Shown here piece after piece: positions 55,955 through 64,000 of a stretch of 64,000 nt of DNA. The stretch covers positions 1 to 64,000 of the forward strand of contig OZ219926.1 in the NCBI GenBank assembly GCA_964291405.2, given 5' to 3'. Under the pieces are notes generated by a model that saw nothing but the letters and a program-made list of their open reading frames with translations, ran no database searches and was not told the DNA's origin. Both the position numbers and the translations under genes were made by a program. Numbering within the stretch: position 1 is the stretch's first letter; the number at the start of each line of letters is the position of its first letter. The DNA comes from Thermodesulfobacteriota bacterium (GTDB taxonomy: Bacteria > Desulfobacterota > Binatia > Bin18).

Positions 55955-56708
55955 CGTGGCAGGGGTGGAGGGAAGAGTCGCGTTTATAACCGGAGCCGGG
56001 TCGGGTATCGGGCGCGCGACCGCGCGGGTCTTGGCTACAGGCGGCGCCGATATAGCGGTGACGGATATCAACTTGGCCGGGGCTGAGGAAACGGCTCAGG
56101 CCGTCGCTGAACTGGGCCGCAAGGCGCTCGCCCTTCAGGTCGATGTATCAGACCTCCATGCGGTTGACTCGGCAACGGCACAGGCGCGCCAGGAGTTGGG
56201 CGCGATTGATATTCTGTTCAGCAACGCCGGTATCGGAACCCAGGTCGCGTTTACGGACATGACTGAGGAGGACTGGGACCAGATGTTCGACGTTCATCTC
56301 AATGGGACGTATCACTGCTTTCGCGCGGTCTTACCTGAGATGAAAACGGCCGGCTGGGGCCGGTTGATCAGTACCTCCTCTATGGGGGCTTTTACCGGAG
56401 GAGTCCGTTTGGCCCATTACTGTGCGGCCAAGGCCGGTATTGCCGGACTCACGGTTGCCATGGCCAGTGAACTGGCGCGAACGGGCATTACGGTCAATGC
56501 CGTCGCTCCCGGTGTGATTGATACTCCGATGGTCCGTCAGAGTCCTGAACGTTGGGTCAAGAATATGACCAAGACCATTCCGATGCGCAAACTGGGACAA
56601 CCCGAGGACATCGCCCATGCCGCCGCTTATTTAGCCTCGGAAGAAGCCGGATTCATGACCGGTCAGATTCTCAGCCCGAACGGCGGCTCGTATATGAAGT
56701 GGTGTTAG
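55944..56708 (+). CDS. SDR family oxidoreductase (FabG-like)
   Basis: TGAGSGIG, SNAG and YCAAK motifs. Confidence 0.93.
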   Translation: MRPDVAGVEGRVAFITGAGSGIGRATARVLATGGADIAVTDINLAGAEETAQAVAELGRKALALQVDVSDLHAVDSATAQARQELGAIDILFSNAGIGTQVAFTDMTEEDWDQMFDVHLNGTYHCFRAVLPEMKTAGWGRLISTSSMGAFTGGVRLAHYCAAKAGIAGLTVAMASELARTGITVNAVAPGVIDTPMVRQSPERWVKNMTKTIPMRKLGQPEDIAHAAAYLASEEAGFMTGQILSPNGGSYMKWC

Positions 56709-56709
56709 G

Positions 56710-57465
56710 ATGCGACTGGCAGGAAAAACCGCACTGATAACCGGGGCCGGGTCGGGCCTGGGCCAAGCAACCGCCCAGCTTTTTGCTCAGGAGGGAGCGC
56801 ACGTCATTGTGGCTGACATCAGTCAGCGCCGCGCGGAGGCTGTCGCTGCCGAGATCAATAAAACAAACGCTTCTCCGGCCATAGGCATTCAGGCTGATGT
56901 GACCCAGAGTCAGGTCGTCCGCGATCTGGTTGAACAGGCCAAGAGCGAATATGGGCCGATCAACATCTTGGTGAACAATGCCGGGATTGCCCAGATCAAG
57001 GACCTGCTCGATATCACGCCTGAAGACTGGCAGCGCATGGTCGACGTCCACATGAAAGGAACCTTTTTGTGCACGCGGTCTGTGATCGGAGATATGATCG
57101 CCGCTCAGTGGGGGAGGGTGATTAACACCGCCTCTGTTGCCGGCATGACCGGAGGTCCGCAAAACGCGCACTACGCCGCGGCAAAGGCCGCCATTATCGG
57201 TTTTACCCGCTCGCTGGCCCTGGAGTACGCGCGGTCGGGCATTACCGTAAACGCGGTTGCCCCCGGATTGATTGAAACGCCCATGGTCAAACAAGGCACC
57301 GATCCTGCCGCCGAGAAGGTTGTGGATTTCTTTATCCGTCGCATTCCCATGCGCCAGATGGGCACACCCGCAGACATTGCCGCGGCCCATTTGTACCTGG
57401 CCTCGGACGATGCCGCCTATGTGACCGGACAGGTGCTGAGCCCGAACGGCGGCTATCTGGTGTAA
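56710..57465 (+). CDS. SDR family oxidoreductase (FabG-like)
   Basis: TGAGSGLG, NNAG and YAAAK motifs. Confidence 0.93.
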   Translation: MRLAGKTALITGAGSGLGQATAQLFAQEGAHVIVADISQRRAEAVAAEINKTNASPAIGIQADVTQSQVVRDLVEQAKSEYGPINILVNNAGIAQIKDLLDITPEDWQRMVDVHMKGTFLCTRSVIGDMIAAQWGRVINTASVAGMTGGPQNAHYAAAKAAIIGFTRSLALEYARSGITVNAVAPGLIETPMVKQGTDPAAEKVVDFFIRRIPMRQMGTPADIAAAHLYLASDDAAYVTGQVLSPNGGYLV

Positions 57466-57511
57466 GGCGTTTTTCCTTGACGTTTACGGACGCTGGTTGT
57501 AGCGTGGCGGT

Positions 57512-58447
57512 GTGAACGAAGCTTTTGAACACCGTTCGCTGGTTGACCGCACCCTGCTGCGCACCTTTCAGCAACGCCAGGACTTACCCTCCATTCTCCG
57601 GCTGACCCTCCATCTGTCCGCTTTCCTGCTGTGTGCGTACGGCGTGCTGCTCGTCACTCCGTATTCTCACGTTGCGGCAGGCTTGCTCTCGGTCGTGCTG
57701 AGTGGGATCTGGGCCTCATTGTTCGCTCCCTTTCATGAGTGTACGCATCAGACCGCCTTTAAGTCCGCCTGGCTGAACTCTCTGGGCGCATGGCTCAGCG
57801 GCTTCCCCTTTGGCATGGCACCGGCGGTGTACCGAGCCTTCCATTTCGATCATCATCGCTACACCCAATATGCCGATAAGGACCCCGAGCTGTTGTTCTT
57901 GGGAGGACAACCGGTGTCCTGGCCGACCCGATGGAAAAACTGGCTGCTCATGATTAGCGGCTGGGGCCTTATTCAGTTCAAAACAGGCGCTTTGGTGCGC
58001 TTTCCTTTCCTGGCTTATGAGAAATGGGAGGCTTTCGCGCCCTGGGCGCCGCTCGACCAGCGTCCCACATTGGCCTGGCAATCGGGGGTGATCGCCCTCT
58101 TTTGGGCCGGGCTGATTGTCGCGGCCTGTATCGGGCCCGCGGGTATGGGTTGGGTGCTGTTTGCGGGTCTTCTCAGCCATATGTTTCAAGCCATATGGGT
58201 GACCACCGAGCATACGGGATTGCCGAACGAAGGCTCTATTCTGGCGCGAACGCGTACCATGCAGACCCGGCCGTTTTTCAGCTGGTGGCTGTGGAATATG
58301 AACTTTCATGCCGAGCACCATGCCTGGCCGGCGGTCCCGTGGTATCGGCTGCCCGCCCTGCACCAGGAAGTGGCAGAACACCTCGACGCCACGGAGCGCG
58401 GCTACGCCCGGCTCCAGTTCAAGGTCTGGAGCAAGGTCGGGGTGTAA
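57512..58447 (+). CDS. Fatty acid desaturase family membrane oxygenase
   Basis: His boxes HECTH, HFDHH and HAEHH. Confidence 0.92.
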   Translation: MNEAFEHRSLVDRTLLRTFQQRQDLPSILRLTLHLSAFLLCAYGVLLVTPYSHVAAGLLSVVLSGIWASLFAPFHECTHQTAFKSAWLNSLGAWLSGFPFGMAPAVYRAFHFDHHRYTQYADKDPELLFLGGQPVSWPTRWKNWLLMISGWGLIQFKTGALVRFPFLAYEKWEAFAPWAPLDQRPTLAWQSGVIALFWAGLIVAACIGPAGMGWVLFAGLLSHMFQAIWVTTEHTGLPNEGSILARTRTMQTRPFFSWWLWNMNFHAEHHAWPAVPWYRLPALHQEVAEHLDATERGYARLQFKVWSKVGV

Positions 58448-58495
58448 TGTCGGTTGAGAGCTGACCGCGACGACCCCTCTATGCTCTCCGCTGAG

Positions 58496-58523
58496 GTAGG
58501 GGCGATTCATGAATCGCCCCTAC
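58496..58523. repeat. GTAG-type REP, perfect 28-bp palindrome
   Basis: GTAGGGGCGATTCATGAATCGCCCCTAC. Confidence 0.8.
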
Positions 58524-58637
58524 GGGGTTAGCATGACAACCCGTCGTCGTATCTGCACCATTCCCCGCTCACCTTGACCCTCCGAAACCCAGCGTCTAGG
58601 CTCAAGCCAACCGCACATCAGGAGGTTAGGAATTACG

Positions 58638-59801
58638 ATGCTCACCGCACCGACGCGCTTTTTTACTGAAGATCATGAGATATTCCGTGAACAGGTTCGT
58701 AATTTTGTGACCAAGGAGGTCCATCCGCATATTGACCAGTGGGAAGAGGAGGCGCTTTTTCCAAAGTCGCTCTACCAGCGCATGGGTGAACTCGGGTTTC
58801 TGGGTATCCGCCACCCCGTGGAGTACGGGGGCAGTGCCGGGGATATCTGGATGACGCTCGTCTTTTGTGAGGAGTTGTGTCGCTGCCGGGCCTTGGGCTT
58901 ACCAACCAGCGTGCTGGTTCATACCGACATGTCTTCGACCCATATCGCGCGCAACGGTACGGCAGAGCAGAAAGAAAAATACCTGCGGCCCATGATTACG
59001 GGCGAGGCGGTCTGCGCCATCGGCGTGACGGAACCCTCGGGCGGGTCCGACGTTGCCAGCATCCGTACCACGGCAGTAAAAGATGGCGACTCTTACGTTA
59101 TCAACGGCGCCAAGATTTTTATCACCAACTCCGTGCACGCCGATGTCTTTTGCGTGGCTGCCAAGACCGACAAAGATGCCCAGGCGCGTGGTATCTCCAT
59201 GTTTCTTGTTGAGCGCGACACCCCCGGGTTCAGCTTGGCCAAAAAGCTGGACAAAATGGGCTGCCACAGTTCGGATACCGGCGAGTTGGTCTTTGAAGAT
59301 GTCCGCGTTCCACGTCACCATCTCTTGGGAGAGGAGGGCAAGGGATTTTATTATATTATGCAGAATTTTCAGGACGAGCGCCTGATTGCGGCCAGTATGG
59401 CCGTGAGCGCGGCCCAGCAAGCCCTCGAAGATACGCTCAGATACACGCGTGAGCGGCAGACGTTTGGCAAGCGGGTGTTTGATCATCAGGTCATATCCCA
59501 TGGCTTGGCGGATATGGCAACCGAATTGGAAGCCGCCCGTCAGTTGACCTATTACGCGGCCGATGTGCTGGCGAGCGGGCGTGACTGTAGTACCGAAGTC
59601 TCGATGGCAAAGCTGTATGGCTGTAACGTGGCCAACAAGGTCGCCTATGAGTGCGTTCAGATGCACGGTGGCTACGGCTATATGAAAGAATTTGCGGTTG
59701 AACGGTTCTACCGCGACATCCGTCAGACCACAATTGCCGGAGGGTCCGCCGAGATTATGAAGGAAATCATCGTCAAGCGCGGGCTGGACCGGGACCTATA
59801 G
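58638..59801 (+). CDS. Acyl-CoA dehydrogenase
   Basis: VTEPSGGSD, INGAKIFITN, QMHGGYGY and IAGGSAEIMK motifs. Confidence 0.96.
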   Translation: MLTAPTRFFTEDHEIFREQVRNFVTKEVHPHIDQWEEEALFPKSLYQRMGELGFLGIRHPVEYGGSAGDIWMTLVFCEELCRCRALGLPTSVLVHTDMSSTHIARNGTAEQKEKYLRPMITGEAVCAIGVTEPSGGSDVASIRTTAVKDGDSYVINGAKIFITNSVHADVFCVAAKTDKDAQARGISMFLVERDTPGFSLAKKLDKMGCHSSDTGELVFEDVRVPRHHLLGEEGKGFYYIMQNFQDERLIAASMAVSAAQQALEDTLRYTRERQTFGKRVFDHQVISHGLADMATELEAARQLTYYAADVLASGRDCSTEVSMAKLYGCNVANKVAYECVQMHGGYGYMKEFAVERFYRDIRQTTIAGGSAEIMKEIIVKRGLDRDL

Positions 59802-59907
59802 GGATTTTATGGGAGGTAGACTCTATTGATATAGACGAATTTGATCCATACATTTGACAATGAACGATGGACAGGGAGGGCATTCGCTCAGGTGCTCGTA
59901 AAAAAGA

Positions 59908-60525
59908 ATGAAGGCGCCCAGCATGACAACGCCTGATACAGATACAATTGATCCGAGTTCCTTTCCTCGGGAGATACAGCAGCCTGAAAAATTTCTGGTG
60001 CCGTTTGACCCTGTTGCCCTAGCAGCAGGACAGATAGGTGAAGACTCTTTCACGTTCCGAGGTGGTGAGCAGGTAGAACTCTCGGAGATGGAAAGGGCGT
60101 TGACTCAACCCCTTGAGCCTATTGAAACGTCTGACGACGATATTAAGTCCCAAGCCCATCAATTCCACGATACCATACTCGCTTATGAGCGTCGCATCAA
60201 AGTTCTGAAGGAGCAAGCGGAGCTTGATGGATATTCGCTCAACTTTGCTTCCGAAGGCGCCTTTTTTGATTTCCTACAAAAAAACCTGATTATAAGACGT
60301 GGGCGACTTGTCCTTATGGAAAACGGTAATCTTCGAGCAATTTGGAAAAGTGAGAGGGAGACTCATATCGGACTTCAGTTTCTAGCCAACCAATCCATCC
60401 AGTATGTCATATTCACACGCCGAAAACCTCAGCTTCCTGTTTCGAGAGTAAGCGGGCGAGATACAATGGATGGCATAATGAAGCAGATTGAGGCGTTCGA
60501 CTTGGGTGATGTACTGTACACATGA
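59908..60525 (+). CDS. Hypothetical protein (possible antitoxin/partner)
   Basis: Low-GC 205-aa ORF, ATGA-coupled to the next gene. Confidence 0.7.
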   Translation: MKAPSMTTPDTDTIDPSSFPREIQQPEKFLVPFDPVALAAGQIGEDSFTFRGGEQVELSEMERALTQPLEPIETSDDDIKSQAHQFHDTILAYERRIKVLKEQAELDGYSLNFASEGAFFDFLQKNLIIRRGRLVLMENGNLRAIWKSERETHIGLQFLANQSIQYVIFTRRKPQLPVSRVSGRDTMDGIMKQIEAFDLGDVLYT

Positions 60526-60986
60526 CCGGAGATCAGATCCCCGACGCTCATCATATCGTTCGATATGTGAGACCGACACTTGTTGATGGTGAGGCCGTCG
60601 ATGGTAGCGCGTTTCTTCTGAGATCAAACGAAGAGAGGCTCTCTGTAAACTGGCTGGAAGTATTCGGGGGTAATGATGAGCATCGCCAACTCGGTGAAGT
60701 CCGACGCCTGTTCAGACTGAGACTGGCGAGAAACGGGCGGTTTGCAAAACTCAATGTGGGGGCGACGAAGCAGTACGTCTCAGAAGCTGCAGAGGAACTA
60801 GGGATTGTTGCCGCAGAGGAACTAGGGGTTGTTGAAGCGCCCTTGTCCCCCACAGACGAATTCGAAGCCGACCCCTCCCATGCCGAGATCATCGGCCTTC
60901 CGCCAGGAGAGAGCGATGAGGCGATGCTTGTCGGCGACTTGATCGCCGAGTGTGTTATCTACCTTCGCCCAGGAAGAACTGACTGA
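60522..60986 (+). CDS. Hypothetical protein with RES/ADP-ribosyltransferase-like motif spacing
   Basis: IVRY...AFLLR..E..LSVNW...SHAEIIG. Confidence 0.55.
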   Translation: MTGDQIPDAHHIVRYVRPTLVDGEAVDGSAFLLRSNEERLSVNWLEVFGGNDEHRQLGEVRRLFRLRLARNGRFAKLNVGATKQYVSEAAEELGIVAAEELGVVEAPLSPTDEFEADPSHAEIIGLPPGESDEAMLVGDLIAECVIYLRPGRTD

Positions 60987-61048
60987 AGGTATATACGTCG
61001 GCACCCTGAGCACCGCTCCTGCTGGAGGGACCACTTGTGTGTGGCGAT

Positions 61049-64000
61049 TCATGTCGAGTCAGCGAGCGATCCAGCCAAGGCTATAGCTCTGGCGCGGACA
61101 TGAAACCAGGAGTCGATTGGCAGGACTCTTTCTATCTCATCAAGGTGGCCGAGGAATATCTGTAGGGATCTTTTCGGAGGCGGAGGTAAATGGGTCGCGA
61201 TGCGAGCCAGTCCTTCTTCAAGCCACTTGAACCATTCATCGTGTTCCTCATAGGCGGCAGCGGCTTGTAACAGGATTTGTAGGGTTCTTGCAATTTCTTC
61301 TGTGGACAGTCTTGGAACAATTCTTACAATCGCATCCACGGTCCCATTCGCCAAAGGCGTGCTGCGGTTTGTCGCCGCGACCATGCTAGCTGATTCCAAA
61401 AGCCTCAGATTCTCAAGTGGCTTGGTCGAGGCGTTCGTATCTCCCATCGTCCTTATGGTTTCCCATATGCGGTCCAGTTCCGGTTTACCCAAAGCAGAGA
61501 GCTGAGAAGCCGTTGCGAACCATTGCAGAAGGAACAGCTCAGTGCCGTCCGTCCGTGCTTCAAGCTTCTCAATGACCTCTTGTGGAAGGGGTTCCGTCGG
61601 TCGCTTATGGCCTTCAAGCGGTCCAGGCAGCCCGAGGACAAGCGGTTGTCCTCGATCGTCGGTCTGAGTGCGTGCGCGGCGAACGTCCTCCGACCGCGGT
61701 ACATAGCGCCCTTCGCGTTCATGGCGTGATGTAAGGACATAGAGCCGACTAAGGATTTCATTCCGCAATAGAATGTGGCTTGCAAAAAGCATCGGCTCCT
61801 GCCTAGCCTGCACGAAAGCCGCATAAGTCCCGGCCGCGGTCATGTTGCCGTAGAGCCATTTCTGAAAATTGTCGATCTCGACGAGAAAGGATGGCTCCAT
61901 CATAATACGAGCAATCAGGCCCGCCTGCATCCATGCGCCCATCCGCTTCCAGTAGCCGGGATACGTGGCCCCATTTTCCAGAAGATTGAGTCGATTGAGC
62001 ACGAATTCGTAGAGCATCTGAAGCAGGCTGTAGATATCAACGCCTTCCGGCTGTCCGAATTTCTCGTCCAAGAGCGTGGTAACGGCCATAGCCGCGAACT
62101 CGCGAAAACGTTCGTCTTCCTGGCGATACAGCGCGACGTCGAGCGCGCCGAGCAACGAGAACGGATTGCTTGTCGCGTGACATGAAGAAAGCGCATCCCA
62201 CACGCCGTCATTGTCAAGTTCGGTTACCCACTGCCCGGGGGTCAAGTCGTCGCGCAGCGCGCCGAGGCAACAGATATCGAGTCCAACCCGAACATCGCGG
62301 TTCAAGAGTGCTTTTCGGTAGGGCACGAGCAGGTCGCGAAAGTAGGATTCAGGTTCTTGCGCGTCAGGGTTTGGACCGATGAATCGTTCAAAATAAGATA
62401 GGGATTGCGGGACAAGGTCTGTCACATTGAAGGACGAATCCTGTTGTATTTTTTGGAGCAGTCTGGCCTGAACAACCGCGACGCCGTTCGTAGACTCCTC
62501 AAATATCGCGGCCAGCTCCTGGTCGGTGAGCTGGCGTGAGGTAATGGAGTCGAGAAGCTCACGAAAATCTGTCGCGGTCGGTCCAAGACGGTCAATGATC
62601 GTCCCAAGCGCATCACGCCGCACTTCCGGGCTTGGTGAGAGGAGAGCCCAGTCTGGCACCTGGGTCTGCTGGGTCACCCCCTCGTCATCAGTCCATTTCA
62701 CGACTACCTGCTGGTCATCGCCCTGGAGATCGACCAACACCCCCTTTCCGGCAACATCTTGAACGACGCTCTCCTGCTTTGTGGCGGAGACTTCCCTCGC
62801 GGCCGCAAACAGCTTGCTATTGACCAATTTGATATCCGGTCCTACCGAGAAGACGAGGTTCGTTTCAAAACCGCATCGGCGCGCAAACTCCGCATCTTGG
62901 GCGATGACCAGTCTACGAGCATCCTTCGGCAACTGCTCCAAAAAAAGATTTCCGTACATCTCTTGATTGTTTTCAAGGGCTGAAATCCCATTGGAGACCT
63001 CCAGCAGTGTCTTCTTGATTAAGTCCGCATTGGCGGGGCGTAGAGGATCAAGGATGAAGCGTTCGAGCCAACGCGTATAATGAGCTCGGCGGTCTTGCGC
63101 CCTGATAGTCGTGGGTAAAAGGAGGTTTCCTAAACGCAGAGATAACAGGTCTCGCATCCAACTGGCATAACGATCCTCTGCAATGTGCCGGGGTTTCCCA
63201 ATATCCACGTGCATCAGATAACGCCATACCCAGTTAGATTGCATTGTTGCCTGTTCTATAGTCAACGATTCGTCTTCCCACACGCGGTCGATACTGGCTT
63301 TGCCCACACGATGCAGGTTGATGGACAGGGCTAGCGTTTCCTCTGGAGTCAGGACACTGAGGGAATATATGCGGGCCATGGTCTGACGGAGAGTCTTCAG
63401 CTCTGCGCTTTCTTTCAATTGACCATTGTTCACTTGCGCCACTGTCAGCCAATGTGCCAATTCGTCAGACTCAAGCGGGATGAAGACAAAACCTCCCTGT
63501 CGAAGCTTGTGTCGTGCTGTCCAGTGATCGCCAACACTGATGCGTCCCTGAGAAACGAGGGAGCGCAAAACGTCCAACACGCAAACAAGAGGAACGGACT
63601 GTTCTGAAGGTTCGGTCAAGATCAGGTGCCTATTGATAAAACGATCATCAATACAGAGCGCATCGCAGGCGGCGATACCCGCCATCAAAGAGGTCGTCGC
63701 CTGTAGTCGGATTTCGCGTTTCTCAATCTGCTCGTCCTGATCAGTCGTGCGAGGTAGGAAGGAAGCTGCTCCCAAATCCACCGCATTGCGTAAGACATCT
63801 CGAATCCGTTCTATCTTTGTCACGAGATCAGCGCCTATATCGCCCGCTCCGATGAGTGCGGTCATTTCTTCCAGGACAGCCGGATGGATTCGAATATCCA
63901 GACCAGCAGCGGCCATGGGCTGCAACATAACGGCGTTTTGCAAGTAGGAGAGGGTGGTTCGATCGAGGTAAATCGGGCCTTGGAGGATTGGCGATGAGAG
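61049..64000 (-). CDS. Large (>980 aa) protein, 5'-truncated, with a PIN-like segment
   Basis: The frame stays open to the window edge (LSSPILQGPIYLDRTTLSYLQ...). IYLD and LCIDDRFIN motifs, followed by a long helical region. Confidence 0.75.
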   Translation of the reverse strand, partial: LSSPILQGPIYLDRTTLSYLQNAVMLQPMAAAGLDIRIHPAVLEEMTALIGAGDIGADLVTKIERIRDVLRNAVDLGAASFLPRTTDQDEQIEKREIRLQATTSLMAGIAACDALCIDDRFINRHLILTEPSEQSVPLVCVLDVLRSLVSQGRISVGDHWTARHKLRQGGFVFIPLESDELAHWLTVAQVNNGQLKESAELKTLRQTMARIYSLSVLTPEETLALSINLHRVGKASIDRVWEDESLTIEQATMQSNWVWRYLMHVDIGKPRHIAEDRYASWMRDLLSLRLGNLLLPTTIRAQDRRAHYTRWLERFILDPLRPANADLIKKTLLEVSNGISALENNQEMYGNLFLEQLPKDARRLVIAQDAEFARRCGFETNLVFSVGPDIKLVNSKLFAAAREVSATKQESVVQDVAGKGVLVDLQGDDQQVVVKWTDDEGVTQQTQVPDWALLSPSPEVRRDALGTIIDRLGPTATDFRELLDSITSRQLTDQELAAIFEESTNGVAVVQARLLQKIQQDSSFNVTDLVPQSLSYFERFIGPNPDAQEPESYFRDLLVPYRKALLNRDVRVGLDICCLGALRDDLTPGQWVTELDNDGVWDALSSCHATSNPFSLLGALDVALYRQEDERFREFAAMAVTTLLDEKFGQPEGVDIYSLLQMLYEFVLNRLNLLENGATYPGYWKRMGAWMQAGLIARIMMEPSFLVEIDNFQKWLYGNMTAAGTYAAFVQARQEPMLFASHILLRNEILSRLYVLTSRHEREGRYVPRSEDVRRARTQTDDRGQPLVLGLPGPLEGHKRPTEPLPQEVIEKLEARTDGTELFLLQWFATASQLSALGKPELDRIWETIRTMGDTNASTKPLENLRLLESASMVAATNRSTPLANGTVDAIVRIVPRLSTEEIARTLQILLQAAAAYEEHDEWFKWLEEGLARIATHLPPPPKRSLQIFLGHLDEIERVLPIDSWFHVRARAIALAGSLADST

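Overview
A GC-rich bacterial window. Gene content and a spondin-domain surface protein suggest a sponge-associated Binatia/deltaproteobacterium-like genome, which is inference only. Most of it is catabolic: amidase, deaminase, two N-acyl-D-amino-acid deacylases, three hydantoinase A and three hydantoinase B/oxoprolinase genes, a hydantoin racemase, an M20 carbamoylase, a family III CoA-transferase pair, two luciferase-like monooxygenase + alpha/beta-hydrolase pairs, SDRs, a desaturase and an acyl-CoA dehydrogenase, plus mutM and an Ndh-SelD fusion. No integrase, transposase, tRNA, rRNA or CRISPR array was seen. Accessory genes still appear as cassettes. An ABC-ATPase + PIN-like pair is bounded by a 173-bp duplicate of the selD 3' end and followed by a trypsin-like protease, an hsdM 3' remnant and an HNH-like gene. 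The spondin gene is bounded by duplicated intergenic DNA. There are three toxin-antitoxin loci, two with broken toxins, and a probable conflict/defence region at the right edge. Intergenic DNA holds several palindromic repeat families, some nested inside one another.
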